From contig JAGIQG010000043.1 in the NCBI GenBank assembly GCA_024679065.1, forward strand, positions 1,984,001 through 2,048,000: 64,000 nt of DNA. Reading direction: 5' to 3'. Source of the DNA: Sphyrna mokarran (taxonomy: Eukaryota). The number at the start of each line of letters is the position of its first letter. The first letter of the stretch is position 1. Positions 10,525 to 23,089 of this stretch are shown in pieces. The notes beneath the pieces are model-generated. The model made no database searches. It saw only the letters and a program-made list of their open reading frames with translations, and was not told the origin of the DNA. The position numbers and the translations under genes were made by a program.

Positions 10525-12325
10525 CTGGAGGATTGCAAATGTAGTACCGTTGTTTAAAAAGGGTCAGAGGGATAACCCAGGGAATTATAGGCCGGTGAGC
10601 TTGACTTCAGTAATAGGTAAGCTAATGGAGAGGATCCTCAGGGACAGGATGGGTGATCATCTGGAGCGCTGCGATCTGATCAGGAATACGCAGCATGGCT
10701 TCGTTAAGGGGAGGTCGTGCCTTTCGAACCGAGTGGAATTTTTTGAAGAAGTGACACAAACGGTTGATGAAGGACAGGCTGTTGAGGTCGTCTACATGGA
10801 TTTCAGTAAGGTGTTTGACAAGGTTCCCCATGGTAGGCTGATGAAAAAGGTGAAGGCGCATGGGATACAGGGTCAGGTATGTAGATGGGTTGAGAACTGG
10901 CTTGGGAGGAGGAGACAGCGGGTCGTAGTGGAAGGCTCTTTTTCCAACTGGAGGTCAGTCACTAGTGGTGTGCCACAGGGTTCAGTACTAGGACCTCTTC
11001 TATTTGTGATTTATACAAATGAATTCGAAGAGGGGGTAGGTGGTGTGATCAGCAAATTTGCTGATGACACTAAGATACTTGGATTGGCGGGGACTGAGGA
11101 GCAGTGCCAGGCAATACAACAGGACATAGATAGGCTGGTAGATTGGGCAGATAGATGGCAAATGGAATTTAATCCGTATAAATGCGAGGTGATGCATTTT
11201 GGCCGGAATAATGTAGAGGGGAGTTATAGGATAAAAGGTAAAACTATCCGGAGTATAGAGACGCAGAGAGACCTGGGGTGCAGGTTCACAAGTCTCTGAA
11301 GGTGTCAGTACAGGTGGAAAAAGTGATAAAGAAAGCGTATGGTATGTTAGCCTTCATAGGAAGGGGTATAGAATACAAGAGTAGGAGTTTGATGTTGCAA
11401 TTGTATAGAACGTTGGTTAGGCCTAACTTGGAGTACTGCGTCCAGCTCTGGTCGCCGTACTACCAGAAGAATGTGGAGTCCCTGGAGAGAGTGCAGAGGA
11501 GATTTACCAGGATGCTGCCTGGTATGGAAGGGCTGTCTTACGAGGAAAGGTTGAACGCACTGGGGTTGTTTTCCGTTGAAAGACGTCGGCTGAGAGGGGA
11601 TCTATTAGAGGTATATAAGATTATGAGGGGTATAGATAGAGTAAATGGTGGTAAGCTTTTTCCACCATTAGATTCAGATAGAACGAGGGGTCACGGCCTT
11701 AGGGTGAGGGGGGCTACGTATAAGACTAATATTAGAGGGCATTTTTTCACACAAAGGGTAGTGGGGGTGTGGAATGCACTACCGAGTAAGGTGGTGGGAG
11801 CAGGCACGCTAGGGTGTTTAAGGGTCTCTTGGACAGCCACATGAGCGGTCTGCAGATAGAGGGATATATGAGGACTGTTTAAATACTTTAATTGTTTCCA
11901 CAGACTATTCGGTCCACCTTGTTGACCAACAAGGTGCAAGCATTCGGCAGGTCATGCGAGGGCTGCTCCTGGATGTTACTTCAGGAGTGGCCCAGTGCTT
12001 CATGTCGTTAGTGTATGCTTAAACTGGACCATCAGATGGGCAACATGACAGCTCAGAGACTATCGCTGTTGCTGTGCAGACACATGGATTTGGGCCTGTG
12101 TCTGCGGGAGGTTGCGCGTTCTCCCCGTGGTTGCGTGGGTTTTCTCCGGGTGCTCCGGTTTCCTCCCACATCCCAAAAATGTGCTCTTAGGCTGATTGAG
12201 TAACAAATTGTCCCTATTTTGTCTCTATATGTCATTAAGACGTTAGGATGGCAGCGCGGGCTCATTGGGCCAAAGGGCCTGTTTCCCGTGCTGTGTTGTT
12301 CTTTGTTCTTTGTTCTTTGTTCTAA
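10525..12325 (+). mobile_element. 5'-truncated CR1 LINE (RT, frameshifted near 11280) with a long 3' UTR containing a V-SINE core
   Basis: Motifs [36 protein letters not shown]; (TTTGTTC)n tail. Confidence 0.92.
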
Positions 12326-13849
12326 AGGAATTGCCATTTCAGAATGAGAGGAGAAGAATTTTCTGCGCCTAGAGGATAATGGATCTTTGGGCTCTGCCCA
12401 AGTGACCTGTCGATGTTCAGAACTCATAACCCGGTCCCTGGTGCAGTGAGAAAGTGGTGCTCTCCACTGTGTCACCGTGCCGCCTAGGAACTTAGTCAAT
12501 GGAGTAAAAATCGATGGTGACTGGCAGAAGCAGGATCAATGAATTTAATGTTGTTGCTGGATAATAAGGGCTCAAACTATGGATCAAACACCTAGGCTCA
12601 AAATTCAAATGTTAAAGATCAAAACACATTGTGTTAGAAGTATTTTGAGTCGGAGCTATTCGCTCTGTTATGAAACAAGAAACTAGTTAATATTTTTAAA
12701 TCACGAATATTAGAGCAGCATTTATTCAGATGTCCCAGTTAGACATCCCGTTAGGATCAGCTGCTTTAGTGAAACAAAACCCTAATTAGGATACAATTTA
12801 GAACACCGTTTTCCGTGATACTTACTGCAAAGCGTCAACATACACCACTTCAACAGAACGAAAACACTTAGAAACTGCCGTTGGGTGAAATCTTTCATTT
12901 TTGGGAGACTCTCATTCGACAGATGATCCAATGAGAATGTTGAAACAGCAAATTCAGTGTTCTAGTTTCTCTACAAGCAATTATTCCGCCAGGGAAAGTT
13001 CAAAAGAATGACGAGGAACAGAGCATGGAGACAATAGCTGGATCCATACATTTTAAGGAGAAGGCCCTGGAAGAACGAATGAGTGCCACAACAGGTTGGG
13101 AGATGAACAGAGAGGGCGTTCCTTCCGGAGTGGTTGCAATGCACTGCGAAAAAAAAGCTATGACCGTTAAAGTCAAGGAAAAGAGTCATGAGATTTTGCA
13201 GCACAGAGCGAGGCTTGGCAGCAGATAGAGAAAGACAGAGAGGTGTTGGCTGTGGCCACGCTTGCATGGTGTGACCTTAAGAAAGACGCCTCGCTCACAG
13301 CCATTTCAGGGAGTGTGTAAAGCATAGTAAAGCAGCAATTGCTGGTCAAGATTCTGACCAAATTGAGACAGAAAGTTGTCCGAGATTACAGCTCAATGTG
13401 GTTTTTCGTTTGTTTACAGTTGAGATGCTATACCTACTCAACTGCCTCCAGAGAACAGAAGCTGATACACAATGTAAAACCGTAGACAGTTGGGCATTCG
13501 AGATAGATTTAGCAGCACAGAGAAGCTGCTGGTTTACAATTAAGCCATATTACGAAAACATATTCAAAAGAAAATTGCTCACTATTTACATGCATTCCTA
13601 AGTGTTAAGTACAATTAGTAGAAACCTCTCTCTGAGTCACAACAGACGCACTCATTTCATCTGCAGGTCAGAGGAACTGCAGTCTCTACATTCTACACTC
13701 AAGCAGCAAATCACTGAGATTTCCAACACAATTTCAATCAACTCACATATAATTCAAAGAATATTTTCACTTCTCTTTATGAGGCAGCTTGCATCAGGAA
13801 CCATGTGCAACCTCTTTACGGAATGAATTAGATTGAACAGAATTACATT

Positions 13850-14910
13850 ACAGCACGCTGGCACAGCTGTTAGCAGTACTGCCTCGCACCGCCTGGAACC
13901 TCACTTCGATTCCTGCCTTGGGTGACTATCTGCGTGGAGTTTGCTTGTTCTCCTCATATCTGTGCAGGATTCCTCTGGGTGCTCCGATTTCCTGCCGTAT
14001 TCTAAAAATATGCAGTCTGGGCGGATTGGCCGTGCTAAATTACCCCTTCCTATCCAAAGATGCATCGTTTAGCCTTATTAGCCATCTAAATTATTCCTTA
14101 GTGTTCAAACAAGTTGAGAGTAGGTGGATTGACCATGTCAAACTGCACTTTAGTGTTCAACGTGAGCCGAATGGATAGATTGGTAATGCTAAATTCATAG
14201 GATAGGATCACAGAACTCCTGTAATGCAGATACGCCTCTTAGTATCTCAAAGTGCGTAGGGTAGGTAGATTGGCCATGCAAAATTGTCCCTTTGTGTTCA
14301 AGGTGCGTAGGCTAGGTGGATCGGCCATGGTAAATTGCTCCTAGTATCTATTAATGTGTAGGTTAAGTGGATTGGCCATGCCAAATTGTTCCTTAGTGTC
14401 CAAAACTAAGTAAGTTAGAGCGATTGGCCATGCTAAATTGCCCCTCAGTATCGAAAGATTTGTAGGTTAAGTGGATTGGCCATGAGAAATTGCCCCTTAG
14501 TGTCCAAAGGTGTGTTGGTACGTGGACTGGCCGTGCTAAATTGTCTTTTAGTGTCCAAAAATATGCGGGTTAGGTGAATTGGCCATGCTAAATTGCCCCT
14601 TAGTGTACAAATATGTGCAGGTTAAGTGGATTGGCCATGCTAAATTGCCCCTTAGTATCCAAAGATGTGCAGGTTAGGTGGATTGGCCATGGTAAGTTGC
14701 CCATTAAAGTACAAAGATGTGCAGTTTAGGTGGATTGCCCATGCTAAATTGCCCCTTAGTGTTCAAGGATGTGTAGGTTAGGTGGACTGGCCATGCTAAA
14801 TTGTCCCTTATTGCCCAAAGATGTGCTGGTTAGGCGGATTGGCCATGCTAAACTGCCCCTTAGTGTCCAAAAATGTGCAGGTTAGGTGGATTAGCCGTAG
14901 TAAATCTGCG
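13850..14910 (+). repeat. HE1/V-SINE with a large 52-bp tandem expansion (about 15 units)
   Basis: tRNA-like head near 13860, V core, period 52 (GGCCATGC at 14581 and 14633). Confidence 0.88.
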
Positions 14911-17408
14911 TTGTTATGGTTTCCTCCCACATCTCAAAAACGTTCTCTTCGGTTGATTAGAGTAACAAATTGTCCCTAAATTAGTTCTCCCTCAGTCTTC
15001 CCCAGTAGGTGTAGACAAATATCATAGGTGGAGGAGGGCACTCATCATGTTAAAATGACGCCACGGGCTCGTTGGGCCGAAGGGCCTGTTTCCCGTGCTG
15101 TATGTTCTTTATAACGTGGGTAATGTGGATAAATTGGTGCTTCCTTTGAACCGTAGGCAGTCTATAAATTCCTGCCAGTTCACATACAAACACTGAGAGT
15201 TCTACCCCCAGACGAGAGGGACAGATTAATAGTATCACCAGAATGATAAAGTGCCCCTCAAAGCTGCAGAGCGTTCTGATTTGGAACCAAACCACCAACT
15301 GTTCCGTCACTCTCCTGATTATAAACCTGGCAACTCTTCCCTCAAGTGAACTGTGAGCGAAACAGGGGTTAAAGTCGGTGGGTCACCATGGAATCGTCAA
15401 ATCCTACATTTGGCCCATTGAGTCAGCACCGACCAGAATTCCACGCAGGCCCTATCCCCATAACCCTGTGCATCTACTCTAGCTAGTCCCTCTGACACTA
15501 AGGGGCAATTTAGCCCAGTTAAAACAACGGAGAAATAAAGCACGAAGTAGAGTCATGGAGCCATAGAGGCTGACAGCATAGAAACAGGTCCTTCGGACCA
15601 ACCTGTACATACTGCCCTTTTTTTCGCCCCTAAGCTAGTCTCATTTGTCTACATTTGGCCCACTTCCCTCTATAACCATCTTGCCCAAACTTTTCCAAAC
15701 GCTTTTTAAAAGACAAATTTGTACCCGTCTCTGCTTCTGCCCCTGATAGCTTGTTCCAAACACTCACAATCGTTTGTGTGAAGAAAACGCCCCTGATATA
15801 TTGACGGGATAAACGATTCAAAGTTAATGGAGCGATCTAATGGAACACCGTTCAAAAAGACAGAGAGATAGGCAGGGCAGACAACTCGTACAGAAGTATT
15901 TCGCTCAATTTCAATTGGGAAACATAGAGAGAGCTTTAGAGAAAGAAATAAAAGGAGAGAACAAAGTAGGTAATGCAGAGAGAGATGGGTAAGCACTTAG
16001 ATGGAGCACCATGCAACTAGAATAAAAATAGTAAACATAGAACGCTGGAGAATACTTGATAGAAAATAGAGGGAGAGAGAGAGATCAAAGGAGAGAGAGA
16101 GATCAATAGCTCAAGGAAGAGATGCAAACACACGTTGAGGACAAACCAACTGAGAAAACTACGCCATGGTAAAATGGAGGATTGATACAGGGAAAGGGGG
16201 GAGGTAAACAGGAGAAGATGAACAACTGGACAGATCAAACACTCCCTACAGTACACAGCAAGACCATTAGGCCCATCGACCCAGTTCGACAACTGTCCCA
16301 ACCACGGACAAGCAACATTAGCCTAAATATATACCCCTGACAATTTAGCATGGTCAATCCACGTAACCTACACATCTTTGGACACTAAGGGGCAATTTAG
16401 CATGGCCAATCCCTCTAACCTGCATATCTTTGGACACTAAAGGCCAATTTAGCATGGGCAATCCCCCTAACCTACACATTCTTGGACATTAAGGGACAAT
16501 TTAGCATAGCCAATCCACCCTAACCTACACATCCTTGGACACTAAGGGACAATTTAGCATGACCAATCCGCTGACATACACATCTTTGGACACTAAGAGC
16601 AATTTAGCATGGGCAATCCAACTAATCTGCACATGTTGGGACACTAAGGGGCAATTTAGCATACCAAATTCACCTAACCCGCACGTTTTTTGGAAACTAA
16701 GGGGCAATTTAGCATGGCCAGTCCAAATAATCTGCACATCTTTGGATACTAACGGATAATTTATCATCGTCAATCCAACACATTTTTCAACACTAAGGGG
16801 CACATTAGCGAGATGGATCCATGTAACCTGCACTTTTTTGGAGTGTGGGAAGAAACCAGAACTCGCGAAGGAAACGCGGTGCAAGTCATAAGGTTAGTAG
16901 TGAAGACAGACGACGTGATAAATGGTTCTCCAGCATGCTGAGAAAAAGCAACACTGGGGATAGAATCACGCATTCTCAATTTTACACGCTGACTGACTGG
17001 TTCCTGACCTTCAGGAATGTAACGGCGTTTTAGCCACACATAAGCAGTGGGAGATGGGAAGAGGCCATTCGGCCTACCCAGTTTAATCTGATATTCAATA
17101 ATACTATTGTCTAACCGTGTACATCAATTTCAATTTCTCGCCCTTTCCCCTTACCCATGGATGTATCCATTTTCACAAACCTGCTTCAGTGATTGAACAT
17201 CCACGGTTTTTTTTTACAGTAGTGAAGAAGATTTTAAATGTCAGAGAACAAATCTCTGAACGATTGGGAGGGCTGTGATAGCGCAGAGATGTATTGGGCC
17301 TCCTGGAGATAATTGCAGAGACATTGATAATTTAAAAGTTAGACTGTTCTTAGTAAAGTGTCCCGTTAAAATTAAATTCATTGATAAATAGTCATTGTGA
17401 ATAGTTAC

Positions 17409-19014
17409 CTTCCTGAAATGAGAAACTATCACTGAGAATACTGTCACTGGAGTTGAACCGAACGGCGCAGGTACAGCGAGCGCCGCTTCTCCAAGTTTCC
17501 GCCGAGAGGTTGATGTAACTCTTGACGGCGTAGGTCCCGTCCGGCTCCAGTGTCCCCGAATCGGTCTGTCCCTCGGTATCGCGCCCTGAAACATTCCAAC
17601 GAATGGGAAAGGAATCAGGAGGCACACCTCTGACCAAACACAACAATGGGACCCTTTCCATGGCGGGAATCTCATCCACTGGAGGGGCTGAGGAGGAATA
17701 TGTTGGGAGAACCCGCTAAATTCAGTAATGAAACAGAACACTCATTAATTGGTGGAACAGAACAATTTAATTGCTTTGAGATACTCACTGCAATTGAATA
17801 TTAATGAGATTTACCTGTAATCACTAATTTGGAGTCATTTCCGAATATTTGGACCATGTTCTGATAAATGCGCTTTGCACAGTAATACATCCCAGAGTCA
17901 TTTATTCGGGAATCCGTCATAATTAGTGAATAAAGACGCCCTTTTTCAGAAATCTGGCTGGAAAATCTCCCGTCAGCTTGGCTGTTCTCGCACACTCTGT
18001 AAATGAAATCCATGTCGATTCTCTCCCTCTGTCTGTACCAGAATACCAGAAGACACGGCCAGCAGCTTGGCCCTGGATGCGGCAGTTGAGATTAACAGGA
18101 CTCCCCGCAGCGAGCGTCTGAACCGGCGGTAACTGAGACACGGTGAGCTGTGACATTGTAACTGGGAAAGAGGAAGAGAGAAAACAACAGTCACCTCACG
18201 TTATGGAGCATTCCCTGAAGACATACAACATAGAACATTACAGCACAGAACAGGCCCTTCGGCCTTCGATGTTGCGCCGACCAATTCTGAAAAAAAAACC
18301 AATGCCTCACCAAACTAAACCATTCCCTCCTCTTCCATATACTTATCAACTAACCTCTTAAACGCCACCAAACTTGGCGCATCCACAACTGCTGCAGGCA
18401 GGGCATTCCACTCCCGAACCACCCTTTGGGTAAAGAACCTACCTCTAACGGAGCCCATTCACACGTTGAGGAGAGATGGACAATTCGGACTAACTCCATT
18501 CCAATCATTGTTGTTAATCGATTTATAAATCCAGCAGAATCGACGTTCCATTTTGTCAGTAATATTTGTTCCGTTGTTTAGTTAAAATTGCATGCTAAAT
18601 TATAGCTTATAGCACCGCAGGACACAGGAGAATCATTTGGTTCCTCAAGTATCTCTTGAATCTTTCAAATATTTAGCTAATATTACTGAATTTTCCCCCT
18701 TTAAATATGCATCCGATTCCCCCCGTTTGAAAGTTCCAATTCCTTCTTTTGAAAGTTCCTGTTGAATCTGCTTCTTCTGCCCTTTCAGGCGAAGATCACA
18801 ACTCAGATGGATTTTAAATAATCCCATCGGCCCTCTCTCTGTTATTTTTACCAAATTCTCCAATCCATGTTCCTTTGGCTCCAGAAACTCCTGCCAATGA
18901 AAAAAGTTTGTCCCTCTTCGCTCTATCCAAATCCTTCTCCATTCTATCTGAGCATAATGAGGATATCTCACCCTGAAAGCAACGAAACAGTGCACAGATA
19001 CCGAGGAAACTCAT
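17409..19014 (-). pseudogene. VJ-C1 receptor copy 2. Exons: leader 18972-19014, VJ 17815-18161, C1 17409-17715. Frameshifted; no TM exon found
   Basis: Close paralogue of copy 1. An 8-nt tandem duplication (TACCAGAA x2, 18036-18051) makes V 347 nt. C1 has a 1-nt insertion near its 5' end (307 nt). Homology with unit 1 ends near 15965, before the TM exon. Confidence 0.88.
18220..18450 (-). mobile_element. CR1 3' fragment in intron 1 of copy 2
   Basis: CR1 tail ACATAGAACATTACAGCACAGAACAGGCCC. Confidence 0.85.
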
Positions 19015-19203
19015 TGTCCTTGAGCCAGACTCTGAGATCCCGGTTCGAATCTGACTGAGAACTTGTCCTTGTTCACTCTATGTGTGTGTATGTGTGTGTA
19101 TGTGTGTGTGTGTGGGGGGGGGGGTGGGGTGAAGTATACGCACTGTTTATATGAATGCAAAAATGACAGGGGGTTGAAAATGGAGCCGTTGTCGAGAGCT
19201 CTC

Positions 19204-19221
19204 TGCGGTTTTCCTGTTTAT
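19204..19221 (-). promoter_or_regulatory. RUNX-ETS-FOX element of copy 2
   Basis: TGCGGTTTTCCTGTTTAT. Confidence 0.6.
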
Positions 19222-20699
19222 TGTAGGTCCAAGTGCTGGCTGTATTCGACATTTTCTACAAAATGCCCATATACCTATGCACGTTCGGTGGACCAGACTT
19301 GGAGTGCGGAACAGAGTTCTTCGGAATCTGAACAAAGAACAATACAGCACAGAAAACAGGCTTTCGGCCCAACGAGCCCGTGCCGCCATTTTAAAATTTT
19401 GAGTGCCCTTCTCTACCTATCACCTTTATCTACACCTATTGGGGAAGATTGAGGGAAGACTAATTTAGGGATAATTTGTTACACCAATCAACCTAAGAGA
19501 AAAGCTTTTTTCAAGAGTTCATTTATTAGGAACAAGTAGGCTTGCATTAACTTCTCTCAGCCATCACAATCCGGCACTTGTTCATGTAAACTGCGAGAGA
19601 ATTTAGCACGTCCAATCCAACGAACCAGCATTTTTTTTTTCAGGCTGTGAGAGAAAATCGGTGCACTTGAAGGAAACACGAGCAGACACAAGCAGAATGT
19701 GCAGACTCCATACAGACAGTGACCTAAACCAGGACTCCATCTCGTGTCCCTTAACACTGTGAGGCAGCAGTGTTAAGCACTGCGCCACCAGGCTGCTGAA
19801 GCAAGCATACACAGGCAATGGAACAGGTGCTGTTAATATTTCACAATTATACAAGAACTTAGAACGTGTAAATTGTCAGTGAAGTTTGAAGATGTTGCAG
19901 CCCTTTTTCTCTGAAAAAAAGAAAATTGACGGCTGACCCGTCGAAACATTTACAATTACGAGATGGTTCAACGAGGCAGAAGGAGGAGTGCAAAATATTA
20001 CAGGATGAGCTTATCACCGATAGAGAATTCAGGACAAAAAGTATTTTGAAAGAATTGACAGAATGTAGAAATCGGTAGCACAGAGAATGCTTTTGATTTT
20101 ATTTATTATTGCCAAATGAATTGGGATTACAGTGAAAAAGTATTGTTTCTTGCGCACTATACAGACAAAGCATATCGTTGACAGAGTACATAGATTTGAT
20201 TTATTATTGTCACATGCATTGGGATACAGTGAAAAGTATTGTTTCTTGCACAATATATAAAGCATACCATTCATAGAGTAACAGATTTTATTTATTTTTA
20301 CCACATGCATTGGGATACAGTGAAAGATATTCCTTATTGCGCACTGTACAGACAAGGCATACCGTTCATATAGAAGGGAAAAAGTGTACAGAATTTAATG
20401 TCACAATCATACTAGGGTGCAGAGGAAGTTCAGTTTAATGCAAGATGTTGGGAAACACATTCTTGTATTAATACATGTTGGGTGAAAGCTTTAACTCATA
20501 ATTGATGTCTGCTATGTTTGCAAGGGCATCTGATTGACGTGTGACACATGTTGCCAAAGTTTTGTCAGCTGCAAAGTGAATTGCTCACCTTGCATTCTGA
20601 GACTCTCTGCTCCAGCTCGCCATCATGCTACCTTCCTGAATGTGTCCCCCGCCCCCCCTTTCATCTCCGTCCATAACCTCGCAAATTTGTCGAATTCCA

Positions 20700-21145
20700 A
20701 ATGCCTGGATTGGGGGGCATGCCTTATGAAGATAAGGTTGAGAGAGCTCGGTCTCTTCTTCCTGGAGAGACGAAGGTTGAGAGGCGACCTGATAGAGGTT
20801 TATAAAATGTTGTGAGGGATAAATAGTGCGGATTCTCGGAGGCTATTTCCCAGGGCAGAAATGGTCGCTATGAGAGGATACAGGTTTAAGGTGCTCCGGA
20901 GCAAGTACAGAAGAATGTTAGGGATAAGTTTTTCACTCAGAGGGTGGTGAGTGAATGGAATTGGCTGCCGTCGGTAGTAGTAAAGGCGAACTCACCGGGG
21001 TCTTTTAAAAGATTTCTGAATGAGTACATGGAATTTAATGGGATTGGGAGTTATAAATAGTTCTATGTCCTGTAGGTATGGATATGATCGGCACAAATTG
21101 TGGGCCCAAGGACCTGTTTGTGCTGTAGTGTTCTATATTCTGTTT
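20700..21145 (+). mobile_element. CR1 3' fragment
   Basis: LRELGLFFLERRRLRGDLIEVYK plus tail. Confidence 0.85.
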
Positions 21146-21189
21146 TATTTATTAATTTCGATTCTAAAATATATTTTAGAGCAAGACAG

Positions 21190-22030
21190 AAGCACACTGG
21201 TTAGCAAGTTGCCTTACAGCACGAGAATTCCTGGTTCGATTCCTGCCTCGGTTCACTACCTGTGTGGGGTCTGCACATTCTCCACACTCTGCGTGGTTTT
21301 CCTCCGGGCGCTGCGGCTTCCTCCCACAGTTGGAAGGTTAGGTGCATTGGGCGTGCTAAATTCTCCCTCACTTTACCGGAACATTTGTGTCAACGAGAGA
21401 ATTTTCACATTAACTTCACTGCAGTGTTAATGTAATGACAAATAAACTTTAAAACATAATCTCAATGAATAGTTTGTTAAGAGGTATTGCGAGCGGGCTG
21501 TATTATAAGAATAAGGTTTAGTGCAATGAACAATAGGTTATGAGGCTTCTCCGCCATTGAATGGGTTGGGTGTATATTCCATGAGGTACAGGGTAGTATG
21601 TGGCAATCTCATCAAAACATGTATGATACTGACTGGGCTTTCAATGTAAATGTTGACATGTTCTGTTGTCATTTGTGGAGATAGGCAGTGAAGAAAATTC
21701 TCGATTGCATTAACCATAGAACCCTACAGTGCAGATAAAAGCCCTTCGGCCTATTCGAGCCTGCACCGACCAAAATTGTACCCAGGTCCTATCTCCATAT
21801 TTTTATGACCCGCTAATCCACGCATCCCTGGACACTAAGGGGCAATTTAGTATGGCCAATCAACCTAAACCCCGCATATCTTTAGACTGTCGGAGGAAAC
21901 CGGAACACATCCATGCAGACACGAGGAGAACGTGCAAACTCCACACAGACAGTGACCTGAGGCGGGAATCCAACCCAGGTCCCTGGAACTGTGAAGCAGC
22001 AATGCTAATCACTATGCTACCGTGTCGCCA
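21190..22030. mobile_element. Two V-SINEs (+ at about 21190-21450; - at about 21710-22030)
   Basis: tRNA B-box-like GGTTCGATTCC and V core. Confidence 0.75.
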
Positions 22031-22519
22031 GTGCCACTACAAGGATCTTGCAACAGAGAATTAAGAAAACAATGGCAAGATCAGACAGAGTCAACATGGA
22101 TTTATGAAGGGGAAATTATGCTTGATAAATCTGTTGGAGGCAGGCAGACAGAGAGGTACATGGAGAGAAAAAATGGACAGAAACAGTTTTTGAGTATTTT
22201 TAGAAGTGTTTTCATGGGAAGGTTGATAGATTCTTGATATTTGGCGGCCATATGTCGTTGAATTTAAAGATGGACTAACCCGAATATTATTGCATGAGTG
22301 AGCTGGCTCGAATGTGTGATGGCCTCTTCCTTTTCTAGGTCCAAACTTTCATATTCAGATAAGGTTTTAGTGATGTTGTCTGAGGGGGGAAATGTGTCCA
22401 CAAGTGCACCCGTCTTTCCTATTCACAATGATCATAGCATACATTCAATCCAGGTGATTAGAAATTAGGCTTTTGTTTCAGCTGATTGGAGAATATTGCA
22501 ATGTGATTAGTCATGATCA

Positions 22520-23040
22520 GTTTGAAGTCATATTGCAACTGTACAAAACTCTGGTACGTCCGCATTCTAAGAAAGATGAGGAGGCATTCGAAAGGGTGCA
22601 GAGGAGGTGTACCAGGATGTTGCCTGGTATGAAAGCAGTGGCTTGGTATGGTGGGAAATTCTTATGAGGAAAGGCTGAGGGACTTGAGGTTATTTTCATT
22701 AGAGAGAAGAAGGTTAAGAGGTGACCTAATTGAGACATACAAGATGATCAGAGGGTTAGATAGGGTGGACAGTGAGAGTCTTTTTCCTCGGATGATGAGG
22801 AGACATAGCTTTAAACTAAAGGGTGGCAGTTACAGGAGGATGTCAGAGGAGGGTTCTTTACTCAGAAGGTAGTAAGGGCATGGAATGCCCTGCCTGCAGC
22901 AGTTGTGGACTCGCCAACTTTGAGGGCGTTCAAATGATCAGTGGATAGGCATAGGATAACATTGGAATAGTTTAGCTTAGAGGGTACATTCGTTCCACTG
23001 GTCGGCACAATATCGAGAGCCGCAGGGTGATGTTTTATGT
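22520..23040 (+). mobile_element. CR1 3' fragment
   Basis: [11 protein letters not shown] and ERRRLRGDL motifs. Confidence 0.85.
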
Positions 23041-23089
23041 TTTATAAATACTTCACTTCTTCAACACGAGATTATAGATAGAAGAAACT

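Noticed and set aside
12971-13361. Short ORFs as a candidate missing TM exon of copy 2
   Set aside because: No similarity to the TM exons at 3194-3375 or 33247-33368 and no convincing splice context.
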